A stretch of DNA of 64,000 nucleotides from an uncultured Puniceicoccaceae bacterium (GCA_963933835.1 CAWVVV010000003.1:96001-160000), one strand, 5' to 3'; counted from the first letter of the stretch, positions 19,983-32,777 are shown. Translations and numbers: made by a program. The notes: generated from the sequence alone by a model not told the origin.

Positions 19983-21242
19983 TTAATCAGCCGACTTAAA
20001 TACGATTGAAACGTTCGCCCCGCCGAAACCGCTGCTATTCGAGATCGCGACTAGAGGAGCCTCCGGGAGACTTTCTTTTGGAAAAAAGAGCCCCTCTGTT
20101 TCCTCGTCCGGATCGTCGATATGGGCAGCTCCAGGGGTGAAGCCTTCCTTCATCCCAAGGCAGACAAAACTGGCCTCCATGACACCAGCGAGAGAAAGAG
20201 CATGGCCCGTCAGAGCCTTCGTCGAACTCACTGCGAGGTCATCACGACAACCAAAGACCGATTTGATAGCCTTACATTCGACAGCATCCCCCATCACGGT
20301 CGAAGTCGCATGCGCATTGATGTAGTTCACATCAGCAGTTTTAACTGTGCTCATTTCAAGTGCTTGCTTCATCGCACGGCTAAGCCCTGCGCCCTCAGGA
20401 TGTGGAATCGCTACATGGTGGCCATCTGTTGCCTGTCCCCAACCAGCAATCCGAGCCTTGATCTCGGCGCCGCGTTTGCGAGCCACGTCTTCAGCCTCGA
20501 TAACCATCACGACGGAGCCGCCTGTCGCAACAAAGCCATCCCGTTTTTTATCAAAAGGTCGGGAGGCTGTATTCGGATCCGTATTCAAAGAGAGCACGCG
20601 CATCGTTGCGAAGGGCAGGACTGTCTCTGGTGTAAAGTCTTCTGCGCCGACAACAATGACGCGATCCTGTCGACCCAGCGCAACAGCATCATACGCGGCT
20701 CCGATAGCGTGAGCACTGGAGGCACAGGCTGAAACAAATCCTGTCGAGGCCCCTTGAATCCCGTAGCGGGCAACTAGGTTGAAACTGAGAGTGCCGGCGA
20801 TCGATGAGATCATTCCCATCGGCTTCGCCCGGGATGGCCCCAAGCGCTTCATTTGCTCAAGATGAAAGTGATTCATCTTCGCAGATCCGGCGGAGGCCGT
20901 AAACATCCCCGTTTCCGGATTCCGGATCTGCTCGTGCGTTAACCCCGCATCTGTGAGCGCCTTCTCGAAAGCGTGCACGGCATATAGGACGTTTGGCGAA
21001 AGACATCGCAGCTGATCGATCCGAAAATGAAGTCCCTCGGGATAGACCCAATCTTCGGCATCTTCCCCAATGATTTCAAAACCGGGCACGGGTGCCGCGA
21101 CATGAATGGGAGCATCTCCACGGTAACCCTCACTATAGGGCCGTATACCGTGATTCAATTCACGTAGATTTGAGGCGACCGATTGCCTTTCTAAACCAAG
21201 GCAGGTAGCAAAACCTAAACCCGTAACACAGACATTACGCAT
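19983..21242 (-). CDS. Beta-ketoacyl-ACP synthase (FabB/FabF family)
   Basis: SACASS, NAHATST, TGH (Cys-His-His triad), SNSSGFGG. Confidence 0.92.
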   Translation of the reverse strand: MRNVCVTGLGFATCLGLERQSVASNLRELNHGIRPYSEGYRGDAPIHVAAPVPGFEIIGEDAEDWVYPEGLHFRIDQLRCLSPNVLYAVHAFEKALTDAGLTHEQIRNPETGMFTASAGSAKMNHFHLEQMKRLGPSRAKPMGMISSIAGTLSFNLVARYGIQGASTGFVSACASSAHAIGAAYDAVALGRQDRVIVVGAEDFTPETVLPFATMRVLSLNTDPNTASRPFDKKRDGFVATGGSVVMVIEAEDVARKRGAEIKARIAGWGQATDGHHVAIPHPEGAGLSRAMKQALEMSTVKTADVNYINAHATSTVMGDAVECKAIKSVFGCRDDLAVSSTKALTGHALSLAGVMEASFVCLGMKEGFTPGAAHIDDPDEETEGLFFPKESLPEAPLVAISNSSGFGGANVSIVFKSAD

Positions 21243-21337
21243 AAGCTAACAGCCAAGAAGGTGAACTCACTAAAAGCGAGCCTGAGTATTGATATTCGCC
21301 ACAAAAGTGGCGTCACTACTCAATTAAAATACCTCGC

Positions 21338-22177
21338 TTAGGCTTCCTCGCCTTCAGAACCGTAGACTCCGAGGCTCAGCTCTTCAACCACTGCTACGCG
21401 ACTCCCGGCGCAAGTGATCGAACCAGAAAATTGAGCAATCGGTAATCGAGCACGTGAAAACTCAACTTTCAAATTAAGTGTTTCACCTGGGCGACAGATG
21501 CGATGACAGCGAACGCCATCTGAAGAAACAAAAAGAACACGTTCAGGAGAGCCTGCCGCAAACTCCGGCCGATCGCTGCGTAGAATGCTGAACACCGCTA
21601 GTTGTCCCAAGGCCTCAATCATCAACGAGGCCGGGAAAATCGGATCTCCAGGAAAGTGTGCTTCCATAAAGAGATCATCGTGTGGAATCGTATAGGTGCC
21701 CTCTGCGCTCGAACCGTTCACACGGACTTCGTGTAGAAATAGGAAGGGTGGCTTATGCGGCATTGTCGCAGCAATCTGCTCCGGACCAAAGACCTTATTC
21801 ACATGCGGCGAAGGTTCACCCTTCAATTTCGCAGCAACAAAGGATTCAATATCGCCGAGTGTGCGCAATCCCTTCAGCTCATCATTCTCGATCGCAATAT
21901 CGAGAACGGCTTCAACCGTCATAACGATCTCCACCATGAGGAGGGAATCGACTCCCAGGTCCTCAGTGAGGCGCGCCTGCTTACCGAGTTCCTTCACTTG
22001 CCCGCGTAAGCCTGGCTCAACAAAGCGCTCTATTATCCCTATGACGATGACCGGAACAAGATCAGCATCCTTTTTCTGGGAGTATTGGATAGCCGCTTTG
22101 ACCGACACATCGGAACAACGCTTCATCGTATCGCGAATTTCTTCTTCAATCTGCTGAGTATCTTCGGAGGCGGGCAT
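21338..22177 (-). CDS. Acyl carrier protein fused to FabZ/FabA-type dehydratase
   Basis: DLGVDSL phosphopantetheine site, then PHKPPFLF..HFPGDPIFPASLMIEALGQ. Confidence 0.85.
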   Translation of the reverse strand: MPASEDTQQIEEEIRDTMKRCSDVSVKAAIQYSQKKDADLVPVIVIGIIERFVEPGLRGQVKELGKQARLTEDLGVDSLLMVEIVMTVEAVLDIAIENDELKGLRTLGDIESFVAAKLKGEPSPHVNKVFGPEQIAATMPHKPPFLFLHEVRVNGSSAEGTYTIPHDDLFMEAHFPGDPIFPASLMIEALGQLAVFSILRSDRPEFAAGSPERVLFVSSDGVRCHRICRPGETLNLKVEFSRARLPIAQFSGSITCAGSRVAVVEELSLGVYGSEGEEA

Positions 22178-22418
22178 TAGCTAAGAGTTTGAAATTCAAG
22201 CAACACAGAGTTACTTATAATTATAAGAAGCCTTTTAGAATGTAGATGTATTGATCAGTGTAAATCCCTATTTATAGACGTAATAAAGCACTCATATTCA
22301 TCTCAATAAGTCAGCTAGACCGGGAACATTAGACCGACTCAGAGACTTTTTGAGAGGTCTCGGAAAAACTCATATCTTTTCCTCGCCCTTCTCTCCCCAG
22401 CGCATTGGCTCCGATAGG

Positions 22419-22837
22419 ATGAGCATTGGTATACAGCGCATGCGCCTAATCTGGGCATTCCTGCTCATGGGGACCTTAAGCTTTGCTTCGCATTGGCACG
22501 TAGCACCGGCAATGCCTGGCTGGGATCTGTTCGAATTTGATAAGCTCGCGCATTTTCCCGTTTACGGGCTGCTCGCAACCCTGATCGCCCGAGCACTGAC
22601 CGGCGAGTTGAAGTGCCCGTCTATCTTCGGCATTGCTTGGGCCTCAACGGTCGGCTTCGGGATGGTCGATGAAACCATCCAATCGATGAACCCAGTCCGC
22701 GACTTCTCCCTCGCCGACCTCGTGGCTGATGCTGCGGGCACGAGCGTTGCACTTCTACCTATCTCTTGTGGCCGCTCTATCGGCGCGTTTTGGAGTGGCG
22801 CCTGTGGGGCCGTAAGATGAACTCGCCGCTCGCTTGA
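22419..22837 (+). CDS. VanZ family membrane protein, possible frameshift near 22757
   Basis: DKLAHFPVYGLL, DETIQ..P.R..SLADLVAD; an alternate frame gives the plausible tail TYLLWPLYRRVLEWRLWG ending at 22837. Confidence 0.65.
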
Positions 22838-24940
<2,103 letters not shown>

Positions 24941-24963
24941 CCATTTTCAACTACAAAGCATAG

Positions 24964-26034
24964 ATGTCTGATACCTACAAAGCCCCTGAATTTCTCGTCG
25001 ACCTCCTCGAAGCACGTTCGCCATCAGGCTACGAGGCGGAAGCACAAGCCGTTGTCGATCGCTATATCTCAGATGTGGCTGATGTCTACGAGCGCGACCC
25101 GATGGGCCAGCGCATCGCGACGATCAACCCCGAGGGGCAGCCCAGCCTACTCCTCGCCGGACATATGGATGAGCTCGGATTCATCATCACGTTTGTCGAT
25201 GACAAAGGCTTTCTCTACTTCGACACCGTCGGAGGAATCGACCTCAACACGATCGCTGGTCGACGCGTTTCAATTCTAACAAAAGAGGGTGTCGTCACGG
25301 GCGTGACTGGAAAACGCGCCATCCACCTCCTCACGCCAGCCGAACGCAAAAAAGTGCCGGAGAAGGAAAATCTCTGGATTGATATCGGCGCGAAGAACAA
25401 AGCGGATGCGCTCTCTCTCGTTGGTATTGGCGATGTCGCGGTTTACACCGATGCATTTCATTTTATCCGTGGATCTATCGGCGTCGCCCGAGCGTTTGAC
25501 GACAAGAGCGGTTGCTATGCAATCATGGAAACGCTTCGACGAATTGCCGCCAAACGCGATGGTCTTGAAGCTCAACTCATCTCTGTCGCAACCACCCAGG
25601 AAGAAATCGGTTGCCGAGGCGCGCGCACGGTTGCGAATCGCATCCAGCCTGATTTCGCCATTGCCGTTGATGTCGGACACGCGACGGATCACCCAGAATG
25701 CGATAACAAGAAATTTGGTGAGTTCACGCTAGGCGGAGGCCCTATCATCACGCGTGGTGCTAACATTTCTCCGCTCGTTTTCGATCGTCTCGTGAACTGC
25801 GCTAAAGACCAAGGAATCCCCTATCAAATTGAGGCCGACCCTCGCCCGACCGGCACGGATGGACGTGAGCTTCAGATGGGCGGAGGAGGCGTCGCGACCG
25901 GCGTAGTCAGTATTCCACTACGCTACATGCACACCGCTTCCGAAATCGTCGACCTCGAAGACATCGAACGCACCGTCCAGCTCTTAGAAGCCTTTACCCG
26001 CAGTCTAAAGACAGACGACGTCAATGTCTGGTAA
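24964..26034 (+). CDS. M42 family metallopeptidase
   Basis: SPSGYE, GHMDE, AFDDK, QEEIG, RYMHT. Confidence 0.9.
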   Translation: MSDTYKAPEFLVDLLEARSPSGYEAEAQAVVDRYISDVADVYERDPMGQRIATINPEGQPSLLLAGHMDELGFIITFVDDKGFLYFDTVGGIDLNTIAGRRVSILTKEGVVTGVTGKRAIHLLTPAERKKVPEKENLWIDIGAKNKADALSLVGIGDVAVYTDAFHFIRGSIGVARAFDDKSGCYAIMETLRRIAAKRDGLEAQLISVATTQEEIGCRGARTVANRIQPDFAIAVDVGHATDHPECDNKKFGEFTLGGGPIITRGANISPLVFDRLVNCAKDQGIPYQIEADPRPTGTDGRELQMGGGGVATGVVSIPLRYMHTASEIVDLEDIERTVQLLEAFTRSLKTDDVNVW

Positions 26035-26043
26035 ACTCGCTAC

Positions 26044-27156
26044 ATGAGCGACGAACCAAAGCTCTTCAAAGATCACTTTGATCTCCGGACGGCAAAAGCA
26101 CTCGCGGCTCAAGTCGCAAACGTTTGCACTGACTTTGATCAGAAGCGATTCGTCGCGTTGGCAACCAAGGGCCTGCTTTCTTTAGAGCTTCTCGCCCGCG
26201 TCGATCATTTCGCAGCGGCGCTCAAGGCCTGCCTTCCCGACGACATTCCCGAAGCCCTTGCCATCCTTGAGCGTAGCCTACCGCCTGCACTGACTGACTG
26301 TGAAGAACTCTCTGTCGGCTGGATACAATGGCCCATCGCCAATTTCGTCGCGACCCATGGGCTCGACCATTTCGATCTATCTCTAGCCTTCTTAACAGAA
26401 TACACCCAGCGCTTCAGCGCTGAATTTGCGATCCGAGCATTTGCTGAGGCTCAACCGACAAGAACCTTCGATTACCTTTACAGCCTACTCGAGTACGAGA
26501 ATCCGCATGTGCGCCGGTGGTGCAGTGAAGGCGTTCGACCACGATTGCCATGGGGCAAACGGTTAAACTCACTTGTCAATGACCCCACTCCGCTTTGGAC
26601 AATTTTAGAAGCACTCAAGGATGATCCCGAACGGTATGTCCGACGCTCCGTTGCGAACAACCTAAACGACATCGCAAAGGATCACCCTGAGCTCGTCATC
26701 GCCCGCTGTAAAAAGTGGAACAGAAAGAAGACTCCCGAGCGCTCACGCCTCATCAAACACGCCCTGCGCAGCCTGATAAAAGACGGACAACCTGACGCCC
26801 TCGCCCTGATTGGTTTCGAGCCCCCCTGCGACATCAGTGTCGATCTCACAACTGATCAGTCGAAGGCAAAGATAGGTGACTCGATCCAACTGACCGCTTC
26901 ACTCTCATCACACTCAGCCGTCGAACAAAGCCTTCTGCTCGACTATATCGTTCACTTCGTCCGAAAAAACGGATCGACCGGAGCAAAGACATTTAAATGG
27001 ACTCAGCTCACCCTAGCACCTGGTGGCAAGCGGACCGTTCACAAAAAACACCCCTTTAAACTCACGACGATTCGCCAGCTCTACGCAGGCGTGCATCGGA
27101 TAGAACTCCAGCTCAACGGGCACCGGCTAACGGACATGAAAATTGCGCTTCGCTGA
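26044..27156 (+). CDS. DNA alkylation repair protein (AlkC/AlkD-like HEAT repeat)
   Basis: RFSAEFAIR, HVRRWCSEGVRPRLPW, YVRRSVANNLNDIAKDHP. Confidence 0.88.
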   Translation: MSDEPKLFKDHFDLRTAKALAAQVANVCTDFDQKRFVALATKGLLSLELLARVDHFAAALKACLPDDIPEALAILERSLPPALTDCEELSVGWIQWPIANFVATHGLDHFDLSLAFLTEYTQRFSAEFAIRAFAEAQPTRTFDYLYSLLEYENPHVRRWCSEGVRPRLPWGKRLNSLVNDPTPLWTILEALKDDPERYVRRSVANNLNDIAKDHPELVIARCKKWNRKKTPERSRLIKHALRSLIKDGQPDALALIGFEPPCDISVDLTTDQSKAKIGDSIQLTASLSSHSAVEQSLLLDYIVHFVRKNGSTGAKTFKWTQLTLAPGGKRTVHKKHPFKLTTIRQLYAGVHRIELQLNGHRLTDMKIALR

Positions 27157-27287
27157 AAGCAGAGGAGTGAGTGCGAATCTGTGGGTGCTTCAGGCCGAAT
27201 ATTAATGACGAAATAGACCTTGAAGAATCATTACCCCGAGCCAAATGTGCGCTATTTAGAAACCATTAACACTTACCAGACCCGACC

Positions 27288-28319
27288 ATGCCAATCGCAA
27301 CACCCAAGCAATACGAAGCGATGATCGACGCCGCCCAGAAGGGCGACTATGCCTACCCGGCCGTTAACATCACCTCTATCACCACGATCAACGCTGCCCT
27401 GAAGGCATTTGCTGACGCCAAGTCCGACGGGATCATCCAGGTCTCCACCGGTGGTGGTCAATTCGCCTCCGGCGTCAATGTGGCCGACGCCGCTTTCGGT
27501 GCCATCGTTCTCGCTGAAGCGACACACCTCCTCGCGGAAAAACACGACGTGCTCGTGGCCCTCCACACCGACCACTGCCACCCCGCCAAGGTCGACGGCT
27601 TCCTCAAGCCTCTCCTCGAGGCTTCCCGCAAGCGCATCGCCGAAGGCAAAGGTCCTCTCTTTCAATCACACATGTTCGACGGTTCGGTCGTCGAACTCGA
27701 CGAGAATCTTAAGATCTCCAAAGAGCTCCTTAAAGAGTGTGCCGAGCTCGACATCATCCTCGAAGTCGAAGCTGGCTGCGTTGGCGGTGAAGAAGACGGA
27801 CACGACACTTCTGGCCTACCGATCGAGAAGCTCTACACCACACCGGATGACATGGTCGAAGTTTACGAAGCCCTCCAGCCACTGGGCCGCTTCATCTTCG
27901 CAGCGACTTTCGGCAACGTGCACGGCGCCTACAAACCCGGCTCCGTGAAGCTCCAGCCAAAGATCCTCCGCGACGGCCAAAAGGCTGTGACGGATAAGCA
28001 TGGTGACAAAGCCTTCATGGACCTCGTTTTCCACGGTGGTTCCGGTTCCGAGCTCAGCGACATCCGCGAAACCCTCGGCTACGGCGTCGTTAAGATGAAC
28101 ATCGACACCGACACCCAGTATGCCTTCACCCGCCCGATCGTGAGCCACATCTGCGAAAACATCGAAGGCGTCCTCAAGATCGACGGCGAAGTTGGTAACA
28201 AAAAGAGCTACGATCCGCGCGGCTACCTGAAGAAAGCTGAGATGAATATGGCCGCCCGCCTCGTCAAGGCTTGCGAAGATCTCTGCTCCAACGGCAAGAC
28301 GATCTTCGGCACGGTCTAG
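27288..28319 (+). CDS. fbaA: Class II fructose-bisphosphate aldolase
   Basis: LHTDHC, SHMFDGS, GGEEDG, FGNVHG, FHGGSG. Confidence 0.96.
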   Translation: MPIATPKQYEAMIDAAQKGDYAYPAVNITSITTINAALKAFADAKSDGIIQVSTGGGQFASGVNVADAAFGAIVLAEATHLLAEKHDVLVALHTDHCHPAKVDGFLKPLLEASRKRIAEGKGPLFQSHMFDGSVVELDENLKISKELLKECAELDIILEVEAGCVGGEEDGHDTSGLPIEKLYTTPDDMVEVYEALQPLGRFIFAATFGNVHGAYKPGSVKLQPKILRDGQKAVTDKHGDKAFMDLVFHGGSGSELSDIRETLGYGVVKMNIDTDTQYAFTRPIVSHICENIEGVLKIDGEVGNKKSYDPRGYLKKAEMNMAARLVKACEDLCSNGKTIFGTV

Positions 28320-28354
28320 GACAGTCTCACCTTCCAGTTTGATTTGTTTTTATT

Positions 28355-28386
28355 GACGCCGACCCGCAAGGGTCGGCGTCTTTTTT
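28355..28386 (+). terminator. Rho-independent terminator after fbaA
   Basis: GACGCCGACCC-GCAA-GGGTCGGCGTC perfect 11-bp stem plus T6. Confidence 0.92.
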
Positions 28387-28417
28387 GCTCAGACAAGAAT
28401 CCTCTCACCTAGCCGCC

Positions 28418-28975
28418 ATGTTTGTTCCCGATCGTCCCGAAAAAAGCCACGCCGCCTACATATTTGATTTTGACGGCACACTGGCACACTCCATGCCGCT
28501 CCATCTTAGAGTTTGGAACGCGGGCCTAGCAAATGGCGCCCCTTTCCGCCTCGAAAAGGACAGCTTTATGAGTGTCGCTGGGATGGCGCTTCGCCAAACC
28601 GTCGAACACTGGAATCAAACCCATCAGCTTCAGATCGACCCAGATACGGTGATCGAAATCGTGCCCCTTGAGCCCACCGTGGCCTATGCTTGAGAGCTCC
28701 ACGCGGCGGGTATCCCGATCGCCGTTGCTTCGGGCAGCACATGCGATGACGTCAAGCAGACCCTCGAAATCATCGGCGTTAGCACCCTCTTTCAAACTGT
28801 CGTCACTGCCGATGATGTAAAGAATGGTAAGCCCGCTCCAGATCTCTTTTTGAAAGCGGCTAAAGACCTCGGAGTCGCTCCGTCCACTTGCTGCGTTCTG
28901 GAAGGCAGCGAGCTCGGCATCGAAGCCGCTGATGCCTGTGAAATGGCATGGATACGGATTCCCGTGTTTTTGTAG
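28418..28975 (+). pseudogene. HAD-family sugar phosphatase (beta-PGM/YqaB-like) pseudogene
   Basis: IFDFDGTL motif I; in-frame TGA at 28691-28693; same frame continues AVASG..GKPAPDLFL..CCVLEGS to TAG 28975. Confidence 0.8.
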
Positions 28976-29179
28976 CGAACTAGTTAGTCGACCCGAGAAA
29001 CGCAAATTGATCATTTTCCCTGCATTCTTGGCCAGATCATCCGATGATTTCCACATTCAGAATGTGGTAGATTATATCACAGAGTGCCCATATCGAGCCT
29101 ACCTAGACATTTCCCTTTAGCCTTGAATAGACGCTTCCAAAAAACCTAAATAACGCCGTCGCATTTAACTAATCATTTC

Positions 29180-29419
29180 ATGAATACAACCACAGTCACA
29201 GAAATCACCGACCTCTCTCAAGCAAAGGATCTCGTAGCACGCGTGCACAAAGGTGAATTCAAAGAGGCACGTGAGCGATACGACTATTTCTTGAGCTATG
29301 GCTTCCTGCCAAAACATTTCGAAGACATGCTTGATTTCTGTCGAAACTATGGTTTGGGCCCCGTAGACCTAGATGGATCAAAGGTTTCCGAGCAGTTCCC
29401 AGCGACGAATAAGCCCTGA
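29180..29419 (+). CDS. Small hypothetical protein
   Basis: 79-aa ATG ORF filling an intergenic gap after an AT-rich stretch. Confidence 0.55.
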   Translation: MNTTTVTEITDLSQAKDLVARVHKGEFKEARERYDYFLSYGFLPKHFEDMLDFCRNYGLGPVDLDGSKVSEQFPATNKP

Positions 29420-29420
29420 T

Positions 29421-30260
29421 CTACGGGAGCCAAGGATACTGGCCGAAGTCGGGCTTCCGTTTTTCAAGATAGGCTTTATGCCCTTCTTCTCCCTGTTCAG
29501 TGAGGTAGTAGAGCAAGGTCGCGTTGCCCGCCAGCTCTTGAATGCCAGACTGTCCATCGACGTCGGCGTTAAAAGCACTCTTTAGGCAGCGGATCGCAAG
29601 TGGGCTGTGCTGGAGAATCTCACTCGCCCATTGCTCACCTTCGGCATCGAGCTCGGCGAGGGGAACAACCTTATTCACAAGGCCCATTTTTTCCGCTTCA
29701 TCCGCGTCGTATTGACGACATAAATACCAAATCTCGCGGGCTTTCTTTTGCCCAACGATACGAGCAAGATAGCTAGAGCCAAAGCCACCATCAAAGCTTC
29801 CGACTTTCGGTCCGGTTTGACCAAAAATTGCGTTATCCGCTGCTATGGTGAGATCGCAGACAACTTGCAGGACGTTCCCGCCTCCGATTGCGTAGCCAGC
29901 AACCAATGCGATCACCACCTTGGGCATTCCGCGGATCAGTTTCTGTAGATCCAGCACATTGAGACGAGGCACACCGTCTTTACCGATGTATCCACCCTCC
30001 TGCTCACCGCGGATTTTTTGGTCACCTCCACTACAGAAGGCAAATTTCCCGTCCGTTTGCGGATTTGCGCCTCTTAGCAGGACGACACCTACCGAAGTAT
30101 CATCCTTCGCATCGGTAAAAGCTGCTATCATCTCACTCACCGTATCGGGAGTGAAAGCATTCCGGCGGTGCGGACGGTTGATCGTGACGCGAGCGACGCC
30201 AGCCGCCTTCTCGTATACGATATCTTCGAAGCTAAACTTTGATACGATCTGCCAATCCAT
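29421..30260 (-). CDS. menB: 1,4-dihydroxy-2-naphthoyl-CoA synthase
   Basis: [30 protein letters not shown]. Confidence 0.96.
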   Translation of the reverse strand: MDWQIVSKFSFEDIVYEKAAGVARVTINRPHRRNAFTPDTVSEMIAAFTDAKDDTSVGVVLLRGANPQTDGKFAFCSGGDQKIRGEQEGGYIGKDGVPRLNVLDLQKLIRGMPKVVIALVAGYAIGGGNVLQVVCDLTIAADNAIFGQTGPKVGSFDGGFGSSYLARIVGQKKAREIWYLCRQYDADEAEKMGLVNKVVPLAELDAEGEQWASEILQHSPLAIRCLKSAFNADVDGQSGIQELAGNATLLYYLTEQGEEGHKAYLEKRKPDFGQYPWLP

Positions 30261-30439
30261 AACCTACACAAATGCCTCCCGCCTTCTTGTGCAAGCAACA
30301 CGCAAAATAGTTCGGCCGATTTAGTTGGCGGCAACTACCGCTCAGCCGTCCGCCTCGACGCACTACTCCCTAACCCGGCTAAGAAAAGCGTCGAGCGTAA
30401 TACATAAAGTCCACCCCATCGGGCCCAATACCGAAACGA

Positions 30440-31975
30440 TCAGGCTTTCTCTGGCCGAGGAAAGAGAATCGTTTTCTCGCCAAGGACCGTGCCCTCAAGA
30501 CGAGTGCTCCAGTCGAGCTCGCCTTCCCAGCGCGTCACAGGCCCCTGCCCAAGAAGCTCCAAAATACGATCTGACATACCTGGCATGACAGGCTTGAGAT
30601 ATACGCCCGTCAGGCGCAGGCCTTCGGCCACGAGCGTGAGCGAGGTCTGGAGTGTTTCTTGATCCTTCGCCTCTTCGGATTTAGCCAGCATCCAAGGCTG
30701 ACGCGCCTCTAGGTAACGGTTCATCTCGTTACAGAACTCAAAGAGGAGATCCATCGACTTGTGAAACTGGAAGCCTTTGTAAGCGTCGAGTATCTCACCA
30801 GAGGCTTTGCCCCAAGCCTGGGTTAAAGTCTGCTCAGGAGACTCGTTGATCGTGGCTGCAGCGAGACCCTCCGGCGCGCTCTTGCTAGCCATATTCAGGA
30901 GGCGGCTGACAAGGTTCCCAAGATTCTTACTCAGGTCCCCATTGTAGCGCATCAGAAAGGATTCTTCAGTGAAATCACTGTCCTGCCCCACGCTCATTTC
31001 TCGAATCAGATAGTAACGCAGAGCATCAGAACCATACTTGTCCGCAAACTCAAGCGGATCGATCGTCATTCCACTGCTCTTCGACATTTTCGAACCACCG
31101 ATGTGCCACCAGCCGTGAACGAGGAGCGATTTCGGCGGTTCAACCCCGATCGCTTTGAGTATGATTGGCCAGTATACAGCATGAGCTGGGACGAGAATAT
31201 CCTTACCGATGACATGAAAATCACAGGGCCATTTCTTCTCGAAATCGTCGGTCCCATAGCCAGCACCCGTGATGTAGTTGATCAAGGCGTCGAACCAAAC
31301 GTAAGTCACATATCCTTCGTCGAAGGGTAGACGAATGCCCCAGTCAAGACGCTCCACTGGGCGCGAGATGCAGAGGTCGTTGATTGGGTCCTTAAGAAAC
31401 TCGAGGACTTGCTTTTGCCGGTAGTAAGGAAAAACGAATTCGTTGTTCTTAAGGAAATCGATCAACCAATCCTGATACTTTGAAAGCCGAAAGAAGTAGT
31501 TTGTTTCTTCGATCTCTTCTACTTTGCCGTAGATCTCCGGCCATGAGTCATCTTCATTGCGTTCCTTCTCCAGAACGAACTGTTCTTGGCGCGTCGAATA
31601 GTAGCCCTTGTAGGCGTCTTTGTAGATCTCTCCGCGATCAAATAAATCCTGTAAGATTGAGCTTACGACCTTCTTGTGGCGCTCTTCAGTCGTGCGGATG
31701 AAGTCGTCGTTAGAAATATTGAGCGTCTCACATAGCTGCACAAAAAACGGGGCCAGTTCATTAGTCAGATCCTCAGCGGTCTTACCCTGCTTCTCAGCCG
31801 TCTGCACCACCTTTTGACCATGCTCATCGATCCCAGTGAGAAAGTGCACCTCGTCCCCCATCAGCCGACGAGAACGTGCAACAACGTCAGTCAGCACTTT
31901 TTCGTAGGCGTGGCCTAGATGCGGACGCCCATTGGCGTAATCGATCGCGGTAGTGATGTAGAAGGTCTTCTTCAT
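30440..31975 (-). CDS. metG: Methionyl-tRNA synthetase
   Basis: HLGH, YVWFDAL, KMSKS. Confidence 0.96.
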   Translation of the reverse strand: MKKTFYITTAIDYANGRPHLGHAYEKVLTDVVARSRRLMGDEVHFLTGIDEHGQKVVQTAEKQGKTAEDLTNELAPFFVQLCETLNISNDDFIRTTEERHKKVVSSILQDLFDRGEIYKDAYKGYYSTRQEQFVLEKERNEDDSWPEIYGKVEEIEETNYFFRLSKYQDWLIDFLKNNEFVFPYYRQKQVLEFLKDPINDLCISRPVERLDWGIRLPFDEGYVTYVWFDALINYITGAGYGTDDFEKKWPCDFHVIGKDILVPAHAVYWPIILKAIGVEPPKSLLVHGWWHIGGSKMSKSSGMTIDPLEFADKYGSDALRYYLIREMSVGQDSDFTEESFLMRYNGDLSKNLGNLVSRLLNMASKSAPEGLAAATINESPEQTLTQAWGKASGEILDAYKGFQFHKSMDLLFEFCNEMNRYLEARQPWMLAKSEEAKDQETLQTSLTLVAEGLRLTGVYLKPVMPGMSDRILELLGQGPVTRWEGELDWSTRLEGTVLGEKTILFPRPEKA

Positions 31976-32183
31976 AGGTAAAAGTAAAGCGATTGAAAGG
32001 GAAGGAACGGCCTCGAAGGGTCAACGGAAATGCTCCTTCAGGCCATTAGGCGAGAAGCGGCGTAATCGCCCTCAATCGGCTCTAAGCACCGTAGACGGCA
32101 TCCGGCGTCGGAAGCGAACGGTTGATTTCGTCGAGGCGATAGCCAAACCCCGGCCCAGATATCGTTGAAAGATCGAGTTGCCC

Positions 32184-32777
32184 TCAAAACGCCCCAAGTA
32201 GCCTTTGAAACGCCACCGCGCGGTGTGAGAGGCGTGCTTTCACTTTGGCTCCGAGTTCGGCAAATGACTGCTCGAAGCCATCTGGGCAAAACATCGGGTC
32301 ATAGCCAAATCCACCTACGCCTGATAAAACCTCGGAAAGCCTACCTTTCGACGCCCCTTCAAAAACGAATTCTTCGCCCTCTGCATTCCGAACGACGAGG
32401 ACGCAGACAAACTTTGCCCTCCGCTCATCAGCTGTCTTCCCCTCGAGAAGGGATAGAAGCTTAGTATTGTTCTCCGCATCGCTCGCACCCTCTCCGGCAA
32501 ATCGCGCTGAGTAGATACCGGGCGCTCCATCAAGGGCATCGACACACAAACCACTATCGTCGGCCAAAGCCCAGTCTCCTGGCGGTAGGAGTTCAGCGAG
32601 AGCGACTGCCTTCTTTCGTGCATTGCCGATAAAAGTTTCAGCATCTTCAACCACATCTGGCATACCTCCAACCGCATTTGCGGAGTGGAGCGCAAAGTCG
32701 GCTTTTGCAGCCGTCGCCATCGCTTGGAGTTCTTCGAGTTTATGCGCGTTCCCGCTCGCGAGATAAAGCTGTCTCAT
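32184..32777 (-). CDS. rdgB: Non-canonical purine NTP pyrophosphatase
   Basis: ASGNAHK, ADDSGL, GFGYDP, SHR. Confidence 0.93.
   Translation of the reverse strand: MRQLYLASGNAHKLEELQAMATAAKADFALHSANAVGGMPDVVEDAETFIGNARKKAVALAELLPPGDWALADDSGLCVDALDGAPGIYSARFAGEGASDAENNTKLLSLLEGKTADERRAKFVCVLVVRNAEGEEFVFEGASKGRLSEVLSGVGGFGYDPMFCPDGFEQSFAELGAKVKARLSHRAVAFQRLLGAF

Noticed and set aside
28691..28693. In-frame TGA as selenocysteine
   Set aside because: Not at a catalytic Cys position, no evident SECIS, and the gene has other defects
31980..32180. Possible riboswitch or T-box upstream of metG
   Set aside because: No SAM-I or T-box consensus recognised by eye; an Rfam/Infernal scan would be needed
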